This document shows positions 9,995 through 19,462 of a DNA stretch of 64,000 nt, one piece after another. Position 1 is the stretch's first letter. Each line of letters begins with the position of its first letter. The DNA comes from Candidatus Bathyarchaeia archaeon (GTDB taxonomy: Archaea > Thermoproteota > Bathyarchaeia > Bathyarchaeales > Bathycorpusculaceae). The notes under the pieces are model-generated. The model worked only from the letters and a program-made list of their open reading frames with translations, did not search any database and was not told where the DNA came from. Where the stretch lies: assembly GCA_038882575.1 (NCBI GenBank), contig JAVZNZ010000002.1:170083-234082 (forward strand), given 5' to 3'. The position numbers and the translations under genes were made by a program.

Positions 9995-11461
9995 GTGAGA
10001 GGAAAAGTAATTTTAGGAATAATCTTAACGCTTGCAATGCTCACTATGGCATTTGGCATGCAGCCCGTCAAGGCAGAAAAGACGGAAGTAGTTATTGGAT
10101 GGGCGCATCCATTAACCACTCCCGCTGCTGGTCCCTGCTCAATACATCATGCCTATTACAAAATGCTCATTCAAGATTACAACGCGAAGGGCGGCCTTTA
10201 TGTGCCTGAACTTGGAAAACGCTTACCCATTAGATACATAGAGTATGACAATGAATTTGATCCAGAAAAAACGTTAAGGCTTTACGAAAAGCTCATAACT
10301 GAAGACAAAGTTGATCTTGTCTTTGGACCTTGGGGCACAGCATTTAACGTCGCAGTATTCCCATTGCTTGATGCGTACCACTACCCGGTAGTTGGATTGA
10401 CAGTTGGTTCAGACTCACTTTCAGAGGCAATGATGAGGGGCGAATACCGGTGGATCTTCCTAACACTTGGTGTTCCATGGGAGGATGGAGAACAGCTTGC
10501 GGCACTCTTTTCAGACATAAATCAGAAAGTAAAAGATGAATGGAAGATTCGCAAAGTTGGAATAACCTACCGCTCAGACGAACACGGCATAGAACACGCT
10601 AACGGAATAAAAGCCAAACTAGAGGCAATAGGAATTTCGGTGCCAGTTCTCATAGAATATGATGCATTTAACCCACCAACAGACTTCACCCCAATAGTAA
10701 CCCAATTTAGGGACGCAAATGTTGATGTGGCCATGCTCTGCGGTTATGATGAAGGTGCATATTTTGTACATACGTGCATAGCGCTAGACTACAACCCGAA
10801 ACTATTGTTCATAGGACCCGTCATGGAATTATCATTCCTTGTCTTTGGCCCATTTGGATTCACTTATGGACAAATGGCAGGAGTCACCTACTACAACGGC
10901 TTCCCCTCTACAGATTACAAATCAGTTCCAAAGTATTGGGAGTGGGCTATAGAACATGAACAACGTCTTGGCTACCTACCCTTCCCCGCCTCCATGTCGT
11001 TCTACTGCGGTCTCGAATGCATGTTCCTCGCGGTTGAGAAGTATGGTCTTGACAGAGCGAAAATAAGAGACGCGCTTGAAACAGAAACATTCGACACCAA
11101 GGCAGGAAAGTACAAGTTCCGGACTGGCCGAAGCCCAGAGATTGAAAATCATGGGACAATAAGCCAGTGGCAAGGCGGAGAACTAATGGAAGTCGTTTGG
11201 CCACCAGAGAGAAAATCAGCAAGCGTAATTTATCCAAAGTTCCCATGGTCATGGGCAGAAGTCCCTGACGTTAAAAGAGATGGAATCGTTAATATCATAG
11301 ACATATCTATTGCAGCTAAGGCATACGGAACCTCTGCACCTCCACCGAGAAGCCCAAGATGGGACCCGGCTGCCGACATAGATAGAAATGGCTTAGTAAA
11401 CATACTCGACCTAGCTAAAATAGCCAAAGCTTTCGGGACGAAAGTGACCTATCCATTTTAA
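9995..11461 (+). CDS. Liv-type (type I periplasmic-binding-fold) ABC substrate-binding protein with C-terminal dockerin-like repeats
   Basis: Signal peptide MRGKVILGIILTLAMLTMAFGMQPVKA. Size and position upstream of livH/livM-type permeases. Two dockerin-like repeats: DVKRDGIVNIIDISIAAKAYG and DIDRNGLVNILDLAKIAKAFG. Confidence 0.85.
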   Translation: MRGKVILGIILTLAMLTMAFGMQPVKAEKTEVVIGWAHPLTTPAAGPCSIHHAYYKMLIQDYNAKGGLYVPELGKRLPIRYIEYDNEFDPEKTLRLYEKLITEDKVDLVFGPWGTAFNVAVFPLLDAYHYPVVGLTVGSDSLSEAMMRGEYRWIFLTLGVPWEDGEQLAALFSDINQKVKDEWKIRKVGITYRSDEHGIEHANGIKAKLEAIGISVPVLIEYDAFNPPTDFTPIVTQFRDANVDVAMLCGYDEGAYFVHTCIALDYNPKLLFIGPVMELSFLVFGPFGFTYGQMAGVTYYNGFPSTDYKSVPKYWEWAIEHEQRLGYLPFPASMSFYCGLECMFLAVEKYGLDRAKIRDALETETFDTKAGKYKFRTGRSPEIENHGTISQWQGGELMEVVWPPERKSASVIYPKFPWSWAEVPDVKRDGIVNIIDISIAAKAYGTSAPPPRSPRWDPAADIDRNGLVNILDLAKIAKAFGTKVTYPF

Positions 11462-11647
11462 ACCTCCCTTTTTCTTTTGTTATAGACAAAAGCTTCTAAG
11501 CCGCACGGTTTAAAAGATGAAGAGATTCCCTTAAGATTATGCGTAAGGCTTAAAAAAGATGATATCTTTATTCGGGTATAATTGGGGTCTCTTGCATGGA
11601 GAAAAACCATCACTATAAAATGTTCTTCTCTTTAAAAGTGGAGGTAT

Positions 11648-12526
11648 GTGATTTTGTGGGACATAATCCTTAGAGGCCTTGTTAATGGAGCATTATTCTC
11701 TTTAATAGCCATAGGCCTCAACCTTCAATATGGTGTTACGCGAATTTTGAATGTAGCTCACGGAGAATTCCTAATGATTGGCGCTCTAATAACAGCCGTC
11801 TTATTCGGTTATTATAATATCAATCCACTGGTTTCTCTTTTGATAAGCGGACCAACAGTGTTCGCCATAGGAATTTTGGTTTACCTACTTGCTTTTCGAA
11901 GGTTAGTCAAAATGTCAATGTCTCCTGAAGAGCTTGAAGCCAAATCGCTTTTGGCTTGCTTCGCCCTTTTCTTCATAATCCAGAACATTATTAGTATTAT
12001 TATGAGTCACAATCCTCAAATACAGTACGTGGGTGTTCCTTATCTCAAAGAAACTATACAAATAATGGACATACAGATAGAATTAAATAGGATAGTAACT
12101 CTAGCTGCATCAATAATCATTAGCGTACTTTTGTATGTAACCTTGCGTTCTACAAGAATAGGCTTAGCCTTGAGGGCTACCTCCCAAGAACAAACAGGTG
12201 CTCAAGTAATTGGAATAAACATATTTATGATCCATATGTTATCCTTTGGCTTAAGTGTTCTTCTAAGCGCTTTGGCAGGCTCATTGATGACCATGATTTT
12301 TCCGAATTTAAGTCCCCTTACTGGAGCAATCTACACTTTCATCGCCTTGACGATTATAGTTATAGGCGGCATGGGAAGCTTCATCGGCAGCTTGCTTGGA
12401 GGCTTCATTATTGGGTACGTTTATTATATCACCTCGACCCAAAGCCCCTTACTAACCATGCCAGTAGTGTATGTCTTCCTAATCATAATGCTGGTAGTTA
12501 GACCTAAAGGATTATTTGGGAGATAG
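11648..12526 (+). CDS. livH: Branched-chain-amino-acid-type ABC permease (LivH family)
   Basis: 292-aa polytopic membrane protein with LivH-like N-terminus (LVNGALFSLIAIGLNLQYGV). Adjacent to the LivM-type gene. Confidence 0.85.
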   Translation: MILWDIILRGLVNGALFSLIAIGLNLQYGVTRILNVAHGEFLMIGALITAVLFGYYNINPLVSLLISGPTVFAIGILVYLLAFRRLVKMSMSPEELEAKSLLACFALFFIIQNIISIIMSHNPQIQYVGVPYLKETIQIMDIQIELNRIVTLAASIIISVLLYVTLRSTRIGLALRATSQEQTGAQVIGINIFMIHMLSFGLSVLLSALAGSLMTMIFPNLSPLTGAIYTFIALTIIVIGGMGSFIGSLLGGFIIGYVYYITSTQSPLLTMPVVYVFLIIMLVVRPKGLFGR

Positions 12527-12528
12527 CC

Positions 12529-13536
12529 ATGTTGAAAGGTAAAATAGTAAACTTAAAGATTCTTATTTCGCTAATTTTCATAGCAATATTAGCAAGTGCT
12601 CCATACCTTATAGGAGTATATCGCTTATCAGTTTTACGGGACATTCTTATATGGATCGCTCTTTCAGTATGCTGGCATTTCTTCTCAGGGCAGACAAAAT
12701 ATATTGCGTTAGGATCTGTTGCCTTCTTTGGAACTGGGTTATATATCACTGCTATATACTTGAACTTCAGCGTTAAAAAGGGTATATGGCCAATTTTGCC
12801 ATTTCCGGCTATTGTACTTTTAGCTGGACTGATAAATTTTGCATTAGCTTTAGCAATTGGTTCAATAAGTTTAAGGCTGAAAGGTATATACTTCGCCATA
12901 GCTACATTCGGGTTTGGTGAGCTAGTTAAAGGCATTATCAAATATTGGCAGACAGTTATAATGAAGACCTACATAATCTTCCTCCCTTATTTCGATTCTC
13001 AGACCGTATATTATTCGGTATTAACAACCATGCTTGCAACACTTCTTTTGATAACTTTCTTACGTAAATCTAAATTTGGCATTGCGTTAAGGATGATAGG
13101 TGAATGTGAAGATGCCGCCGCCCATGTTGGCGTAAACACCAACTTATATAAAGTCCTAGGCTTTGCGATTAGCGCCATGTGCATAGGCTTAATAGGAGGA
13201 AGTTACGCGATTAGGTTTCCGTCTACGAACGTTGATGCAATGTTTCTTACAGACTATTCCTTCCTACCAGCAGTAATGGTACTGTTAGGTGGAATAGGAT
13301 CAGCCTATGGTCCAATATTAGGATCGGCAACCTTGGCCTTAATTAGCGAATATTTACGCGCGAACGCGGAATATACTGCTTACTTCAAATTAATTGTTGG
13401 GCTAACCCTAATAGTCATCATACTGTTTATGCCCTACGGAATAATGGGAGCCATTGAAAAAGTCAAATCAACAAAGTTTTTTGGAAAAATAAATGGAAAA
13501 ATAAAGTCGATTAAAGGCCCAAAAACGCCTTTTTAA
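12529..13536 (+). CDS. livM: Branched-chain-amino-acid-type ABC permease (LivM family)
   Basis: 335-aa polytopic membrane protein starting 3 nt after livH. LivM-like core (GQTKYIALGSVAFFGTGLY). Confidence 0.85.
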   Translation: MLKGKIVNLKILISLIFIAILASAPYLIGVYRLSVLRDILIWIALSVCWHFFSGQTKYIALGSVAFFGTGLYITAIYLNFSVKKGIWPILPFPAIVLLAGLINFALALAIGSISLRLKGIYFAIATFGFGELVKGIIKYWQTVIMKTYIIFLPYFDSQTVYYSVLTTMLATLLLITFLRKSKFGIALRMIGECEDAAAHVGVNTNLYKVLGFAISAMCIGLIGGSYAIRFPSTNVDAMFLTDYSFLPAVMVLLGGIGSAYGPILGSATLALISEYLRANAEYTAYFKLIVGLTLIVIILFMPYGIMGAIEKVKSTKFFGKINGKIKSIKGPKTPF

Positions 13537-14239
13537 CATAATCGTTGTTCAAAAGTTCTTTTCCACTTCCCTCAAGCGTTATCTTGCCAGTTTCCATAAC
13601 ATATGCTCGGTCAGCATTTTTTAATGCGTAATAAACGTTTTGTTCAGCAACCAATATTGTGCGTCCACTTTCCCTAAGCTTTCTCAAAGCATCAAATATT
13701 TCCAAAGTAAGTTTGGGCGATATCCCCTGCGATGGCTCATCAAGTATTAACAAATCTGGATTTGACATCAAACCACGCGCTATGGCGAGCATTCTCTGCT
13801 CTCCACCGCTAAGTGTAATAGCCAACTGTTTTTCTCTAGCCTTCAACACCGGAAAGAGTTGATAAACTGTTTCAAGCATTTCTTTTTTAGAAGCTTTTCC
13901 CCTAGAGCTATAGGCGCCTAAATATAAGTTTTCGCGCACAGTCATGTAGGGGAAAAGCTTTCTATCTTCAGGTACAAATGCTATACCCGAATTTACAATT
14001 TTGTGGGGAGGTATGCCATTAATTACTTTACCATTAAAGCGAATGGTTCCGGAAGCTGGTTTTAAGAGCCCGGCAATTGCGTTTAAAAGTGTAGATTTTC
14101 CAGCTCCGTTGGCGCCCACTAATGTTGCAATCTCACCCTTTTCTACATTGATGGAAACGTCCCATAAAACTTGCAGTCGACCACGGAAGACGTTTAGCTT
14201 TTCAACTTCCAACATAGGCTTCACCAAGATAGGCTTCAA
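13511..14239 (-). CDS. livF: ABC ATPase, LivF type
   Basis: Walker A GANGAGKST, signature LSGGEQRML, Walker B LLILDEPSQG. Overlaps the livG stop. Confidence 0.9.
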   Translation of the reverse strand: MKPILVKPMLEVEKLNVFRGRLQVLWDVSINVEKGEIATLVGANGAGKSTLLNAIAGLLKPASGTIRFNGKVINGIPPHKIVNSGIAFVPEDRKLFPYMTVRENLYLGAYSSRGKASKKEMLETVYQLFPVLKAREKQLAITLSGGEQRMLAIARGLMSNPDLLILDEPSQGISPKLTLEIFDALRKLRESGRTILVAEQNVYYALKNADRAYVMETGKITLEGSGKELLNNDYVKKAFLGL

Positions 14240-14939
14240 TAACTGAGGGGTCTCGACATATCTCTTTAGGCTTTCCCTCAGCTAGTTTCGTGCCTTGATG
14301 CAATACTATGATGCGGTCTGCTATCTCCATCACAGCGCGCATGTTATGTTCAATCATGAAAATGGTAATTTCTTCTTCATTACGTAGTTCCCTAATGACC
14401 TTAAGCATTTGCACGGTTTCTGTAGGGTTTAAACCTGCCATAACCTCATCCAACAATAAAAGTTTAGGCTTTGTTGAAAGAGCCCTTGCAATTTCAAGCA
14501 TTCTTTGCTGGAAAACCGTTAAACTTGAGGCCGGCATCATACTTTTTTCAGCCAACCCAAATTTTTCCAATATTTCATTAAGTTCTTGTTTGATGTCTGA
14601 AGACCCACTATTTTTTCCGCTTCTGAAAAGTGTAGCTGCCCATAAATTCTCATAAACTGTCATGTTGAGGAAAGGTTTTGGTATTTGAAACGTTCTTCCA
14701 ATGCCCAACCTACAAATTTTGTGGGGCCTAAGACCAGTTATATCCTTGTCTTTAAACTTTATTTTTCCAGAGGTTGGGCGCAAGGCCCCAGAAATCACGT
14801 TAAAAAGTGTGCTCTTCCCAGCGCCGTTAGGACCTATGAGGCCGACTATTTCTCCCTCGTCTATGCTGAAATCCACGTTGTTTAGGGCGGTTAGCCCACC
14901 GAATTTTTTTGTGACCTTTATTCCCTCAATAAATTTCAA
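14202..14939 (-). CDS. livG: ABC ATPase, LivG type
   Basis: Walker A GPNGAGKST, LivG-type RTFQIPKPF motif, Walker B LLLLDEVMAGLN. Confidence 0.9.
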   Translation of the reverse strand: MKFIEGIKVTKKFGGLTALNNVDFSIDEGEIVGLIGPNGAGKSTLFNVISGALRPTSGKIKFKDKDITGLRPHKICRLGIGRTFQIPKPFLNMTVYENLWAATLFRSGKNSGSSDIKQELNEILEKFGLAEKSMMPASSLTVFQQRMLEIARALSTKPKLLLLDEVMAGLNPTETVQMLKVIRELRNEEEITIFMIEHNMRAVMEIADRIIVLHQGTKLAEGKPKEICRDPSVIEAYLGEAYVGS

Positions 14940-14960
14940 ATTGATCCCATCGCAATTCTG

Positions 14961-16283
14961 TTATTTGTAGACGCCATACTTTTTGGTGGCGTCAATCATT
15001 GCCTTCACATTTTCTGGTTTTGCTTGATCAATAACAGCCCCATTCATTACAATGAATCCTCCACCTTCACCAGCAGTTTCTATAAGAGTCTTCACATATT
15101 TTTCCACGTCTTTAGGCGTGCCCACCTGCAGTAATGCGCTTGGCACATTACCCCCAATGCATGCCACGTCGCCTAAGATTTCCTTAACTTTGTTCATGTC
15201 CGTCTGGTCAAACCCCCATATAGTCTTGCCTTTGGGCAAATCTTTAATTATTTCTAGGCGTGACCCGTAGCCCCCTTCCGCCCATGCAAATGGTACACAT
15301 CCCTCGTTTATTAAGCCTATCATAACTTTTCTGAGGGTGGGCCAATAGAAAGTTTCAAACTGTTTGGCGGACATGAATCCGTCGGCACCCTTATGCAAGG
15401 GTATAAACACTATTGGGTTTCCATTCATCTTTGCCGCTGAAGCCCCCATTTTAATCATTAGTGGCGTTATTACTTCCATGGCTTGTAAGAGCTTGTCCTT
15501 ATTGCGGTACATGTCCAGCATTATTCCCTTTGTTCCTCTAAGCGTGTCGCCGAGCGTGTCGAAGGGAGCCTTAGTTCCTCCACCCCAAAAGTTGGGGAAC
15601 CCGGCAGCTGTGATTTCCTGCTCCCACTTTACCACGTGCCCTATCCACTTTAAGGCTTCGCTTCCCGCATCCATAATCGCCTTTAAAGCAGCTTGCACGT
15701 CTGGTAAGCCAAAAGGTATAAAATTAACTGGCGTAAAGCCTCCATACATTTCTAAAATGTTGGTGAACTGCGGAAGCTTTTTGAAGGGCTCCAAAGCGCC
15801 AAACACCCTTGGGAAGTATGTTGTTAGGAAAAAGTGTGTTGGATCTTGTATCAAAGAGTCATATTCTTCTGCCTTCATGTATTCGCCTTCAATGCACTGG
15901 TAAGAGCTTTCCGGGGGAACACCGTGCCCAGGCCAAGCATACAACTTATAATCTAGGATTTCAAAGAATTTTCCAGGTCCGGGGCCTATTGCTCCTCCAT
16001 GAGCGTCAGGCTCAAAGTCTAAAACATATTTTTTAAATGCGAAGGTAAGCTTCTCATAATCGTACATCATGTCGTAGGCAGTTAATCCAACATAGTAAGC
16101 TGGGAAAAACCCTACTATTGGAAAAACAGGCACTCTATCGGGCAATTTTTTCAATTGAATGGCGTCCTTTATGCGGGTTACTCTCTCCTTATAGTCTTTT
16201 TCAGCTTTTTCGCTGGCAAATGTCACGCCTTGAGGAGAAAGCCACCGTTTGAATAACTCCTCTCTTTTTTCATCTGCCGACAA
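14961..16283 (-). CDS. Uroporphyrinogen-decarboxylase (UroD/MtaA)-family methyltransferase, corrinoid-dependent by context
   Basis: 440-aa UroD-like barrel pattern. Starts 3 nt downstream of a B12-binding corrinoid protein on the same strand. Confidence 0.7.
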   Translation of the reverse strand: MSADEKREELFKRWLSPQGVTFASEKAEKDYKERVTRIKDAIQLKKLPDRVPVFPIVGFFPAYYVGLTAYDMMYDYEKLTFAFKKYVLDFEPDAHGGAIGPGPGKFFEILDYKLYAWPGHGVPPESSYQCIEGEYMKAEEYDSLIQDPTHFFLTTYFPRVFGALEPFKKLPQFTNILEMYGGFTPVNFIPFGLPDVQAALKAIMDAGSEALKWIGHVVKWEQEITAAGFPNFWGGGTKAPFDTLGDTLRGTKGIMLDMYRNKDKLLQAMEVITPLMIKMGASAAKMNGNPIVFIPLHKGADGFMSAKQFETFYWPTLRKVMIGLINEGCVPFAWAEGGYGSRLEIIKDLPKGKTIWGFDQTDMNKVKEILGDVACIGGNVPSALLQVGTPKDVEKYVKTLIETAGEGGGFIVMNGAVIDQAKPENVKAMIDATKKYGVYK

Positions 16284-16286
16284 CTT

Positions 16287-16937
16287 TCATTTCACCCCTA
16301 CCCATTTTTTTGCCAAAGCCACAGCTTCCATGGCGTCTTTGCCGTAAGCGTCTGCGCCGACATAGCGTCTTATCTCTTCGGTTATTTGTCCGCCTCCAAT
16401 CATAATTTTCACCTTGTCTCTTAAGCCTGCTTTTTCTATGGCTTCAACAGTTCTTTTCATGGAGTCGAAAGCTAGTGTTAAGAAACCGCTTAACCCAACT
16501 ATTGTGGCGCCAGTTTCCTTTATCTTCTCGACAAACTTTTCTTCTGGAACATCAACGCCCAGATCATAAACTTCAAAGCCGTTAACCTCTAACATGAAAA
16601 CCACAATGTCCTTGCCAATGTCATGTATGTCGCCGGCGACTGTTCCAAAAACAATTTTGCCTAAACGTTTAGGTTGGGCTTCTTTTTTTGTTAGTTTAGG
16701 CTTTATCATTGCGGTTATGGTTTTGAGTATTTCGCCAGCATAAATAAGGTCAGATATGAAGTACTCGCTGTTGGCGAAACGGTTGCCAACGACCTCCATG
16801 GCCTTGCGGATGTACTCCATGATTTTAAATGGGTCTTCGCCTGCCTTAAGCATGTCTTCAACCATTTTGACGGCTTCTTCTTCCTTTAGATCTGCTAGAG
16901 CATTGATTAAATCTTCGGAACGCACCATATTTACCAC
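16287..16937 (-). CDS. Corrinoid (cobalamin-binding) methyltransferase-associated protein (MtaC/MtbC-like)
   Basis: B12-binding DxHxxG motif (GDIHDIGKD) in a Rossmann-like C-terminal half, with an N-terminal helical cap. 216 aa. Confidence 0.85.
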   Translation of the reverse strand: MVNMVRSEDLINALADLKEEEAVKMVEDMLKAGEDPFKIMEYIRKAMEVVGNRFANSEYFISDLIYAGEILKTITAMIKPKLTKKEAQPKRLGKIVFGTVAGDIHDIGKDIVVFMLEVNGFEVYDLGVDVPEEKFVEKIKETGATIVGLSGFLTLAFDSMKRTVEAIEKAGLRDKVKIMIGGGQITEEIRRYVGADAYGKDAMEAVALAKKWVGVK

Positions 16938-17185
16938 TCCTACTCATAATTTATAATGTGTAATAAAAATTTTGTTTTTAAAATTCCAAAATTTTTCAAA
17001 GTAAGCAAAAAGTTATGTTTAATAGCAAATTTTGACTCTGCCAAAGGGAATAGAACCCTATGCAATTAGCTGACGCTCCTTCCAAAATCCACACTTACTT
17101 AAAAACTTAGAATCATGTGCAAAATTGGGATGTCAAATGAAAAATTTAAAATTCTTATACGCGTCATGGATAAATTCGTTGAGGA

Positions 17186-19063
17186 ATGTGTATGGGTGGA
17201 AAGTCTAATCCTTGGTTTGGCTACATGGGGCAAGCGTTGAGGATAAATCTAACGCAACAAAAATATGTTGTAGAGCCATTGAACAGAAAGCTCATTGAAG
17301 ACTTCATTGGTGGCCGCGGGTTTGGCATCAACATACTTTTTAACGAAGTGCCAAGAGGCGCTGACCCATTAGGTCCAAACAACAAATTGGTTTTATCGGT
17401 GGGGCCTTTGGCGGGCACAAAGGTTCAGTCAGCAAGCAGATGGATTGCACAGTTCAAGTCTCCGCTCACAAACACTTACTGTAGAAGCGTGGGCGGAGGC
17501 TTTTTCGGCGCAGAAATGAAGTTTGCTGGATATGATGCAATAATTGTTGAAGGTTCATCTGAAAAGCCCACATACATTTGGATAAATGACGACAAAATCG
17601 AGTTTAGGGATGCAACTAAAGTTTGGGGTATGACAACCCTCGCTACACGCGATTTCATTCGTGAAGAAACCGACCAAAATGCCAAAATGGTTATGATTGG
17701 ACCCGCAGGCGAGAGGCTTGTTAAAATTTCAGCCATCGTAAGCGACGACATGCGAACTGCGTCGAGGGGCGGTGGTGGCGCGGTTATGGGATCTAAAAAA
17801 CTTAAGGCAATAGCCATAAAAGGCTCTAAGAAGCCAGCAATCCACGATGAGAAGGCATTTGACGAAGCTGTGAAGGAGCAAATTGAAGCTTATCGTAAAA
17901 GTCCAGCCTTGGAAGGATTTAGAAGCTTAGGCACAAATGGCATAGTTTACCTGTTTTACACGTTGGGTAACTTTCCAACATATAATTTCAAGCAACTTCC
18001 ATTCGAAGGAGCCCACAGATTTACACCAGAGGTTTTAGCAAGCTACGTGGTTAAGCATGGCGGATGCTTTGGCTGTATGATGAGGTGTTGGAAGACATTT
18101 AAGCTTACAAAAGGACCTTACGCTGGAATTGTTTGGGATTTCCCAGAATATGAAACCCACTGGTCATTCGGAGGAGCTTTTGGAAACAGCAATATAGAAT
18201 CAATAGCCTATGCCAACATGCTTTCAGACCTTTATGGCCTAGACACAATATCAACCGGAGTTGCAATAGCCTTCGCAACAGAACTCTACGAGAAAGGCAT
18301 TATAGGAAAAAGTGAGACGGGAGGCCTCGAACTTAGGTGGGGTGACCCAGAAGTTTTAGTGGAGCTTGTGAGGCGCATTGCCCTTAGGATAGGCATTGGC
18401 GATCTGCTTGCAGAAGGCGTCAAAAAAGCAGCGGAGGTTATAGGAAGAGGCGCCGAAAAATATGCCATCCACGTCAAGGGCCTTGAGCTTCCAGCCTACG
18501 ATCCCCGTTCATTAAAAGCTCATGGATTAAACTTTGCAACGTCCCCTGTAGGCGCAAACCACTGCATCGGCTGGAACAAATTTGAGATTTTGGGGATCCC
18601 CAGAAAAGTAGATCCATTATCCACAGAAGGCAAGGGCGAAATAACCAAGTACGTGCAGGATGAAACTGCAGCAGCTGAAACAGCAGTGTTTTGCTCTTTC
18701 CCCTTAAGTAATGATATGATAACCCTAGATTTATACAGCAAACTGTTATACTCAGCCACGGGCATTGAAAAGTTTAAGGATCCAAAATACCTGTGGCTTG
18801 TGGGAGAAAGAATATTTAACCTTGAAAGGGCATTCGCAGTTAGAGAAGGCTTCGACATCAGCCACGACACGATGCCAGAAAGGATCCTCAAAGAACCAAT
18901 GCCTAGAAAACCATCTCAAGGGCAAGTTTTTGAACTTGATCTGCTTCTCAAAGACTATTATAGGGTTAGAGGTTGGAACGAGCAGGGAATACCCACCAAA
19001 GAAAAATTAGCCGCATTAGGGTTGGCTAAAGCAGTCGAGGAAATTTACCCAAAATCCCCATAA
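17186..19063 (+). CDS. aor: Aldehyde:ferredoxin oxidoreductase family (tungstopterin enzyme)
   Basis: N-terminal AOR domain (LRINLTQQKYVVEPL, GGRGFG). 625 aa with collinear AOR-family motifs throughout. The real start may be the internal Met at MGQALRINL. Confidence 0.9.
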   Translation: MCMGGKSNPWFGYMGQALRINLTQQKYVVEPLNRKLIEDFIGGRGFGINILFNEVPRGADPLGPNNKLVLSVGPLAGTKVQSASRWIAQFKSPLTNTYCRSVGGGFFGAEMKFAGYDAIIVEGSSEKPTYIWINDDKIEFRDATKVWGMTTLATRDFIREETDQNAKMVMIGPAGERLVKISAIVSDDMRTASRGGGGAVMGSKKLKAIAIKGSKKPAIHDEKAFDEAVKEQIEAYRKSPALEGFRSLGTNGIVYLFYTLGNFPTYNFKQLPFEGAHRFTPEVLASYVVKHGGCFGCMMRCWKTFKLTKGPYAGIVWDFPEYETHWSFGGAFGNSNIESIAYANMLSDLYGLDTISTGVAIAFATELYEKGIIGKSETGGLELRWGDPEVLVELVRRIALRIGIGDLLAEGVKKAAEVIGRGAEKYAIHVKGLELPAYDPRSLKAHGLNFATSPVGANHCIGWNKFEILGIPRKVDPLSTEGKGEITKYVQDETAAAETAVFCSFPLSNDMITLDLYSKLLYSATGIEKFKDPKYLWLVGERIFNLERAFAVREGFDISHDTMPERILKEPMPRKPSQGQVFELDLLLKDYYRVRGWNEQGIPTKEKLAALGLAKAVEEIYPKSP

Positions 19064-19078
19064 TTTTTTGTGATTTAA

Positions 19079-19342
19079 ATGAAGGTTCGCGTGAAATTCG
19101 CTGGAGATTCGCACCACAAATTCGGCATGACAGATATTTGGCTTTTTTTGCAAGATGATGTTACAGTTGAGGATGTTTTAGCAAAACTCGAAAGAGAAAG
19201 GGGGGTTAAAATAAGCCTAGAAGACGTTAGCCTAACAGTTTTGGTAAATGGCAGACGCATAGAATTCATCGGTGGTCCCAAAGCAAAATTAAAGGATATG
19301 GACGAAATCGTAATAGTGCCAATAATAGCTGGAGGTCTCTAA
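19079..19342 (+). CDS. MoaD/ThiS-family small beta-grasp protein, C-terminus ...IIAGGL
   Basis: 87 aa, starts 16 nt after the aor stop. C-terminal VIVPIIAGG(L) typical of MoaD/ThiS/SAMP proteins apart from one residue after Gly-Gly. Confidence 0.7.
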   Translation: MKVRVKFAGDSHHKFGMTDIWLFLQDDVTVEDVLAKLERERGVKISLEDVSLTVLVNGRRIEFIGGPKAKLKDMDEIVIVPIIAGGL

Positions 19343-19462
19343 ACACTAAGAAGGAAATTTAAGCTATGCCTCTACTTCTCTCAGTCAGCGAACAGAAAAA
19401 AGCAATTATATATCGCCTCATCCTAATTATTGCTGATTTAATGGCATATGGAGCTACAATAA

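Noticed and set aside
13511-13536. Tail-to-tail gene overlaps (livM/livF here; also Pelota/NTase at 49864-49878 and ZIP/zinc-ribbon at 52377-52380) as a regulatory antisense feature
   Set aside because: Short convergent overlaps are common in compact archaeal genomes and need no special explanation. There is no additional sequence signal.
15364-15903. 179-aa plus-strand ORF
   Set aside because: It is antisense to the UroD-family methyltransferase gene, with no motifs. Similar shadow ORFs at 1462-2208, 30204-30731, 54542-55060 and 58897-59394 were rejected for the same reason.
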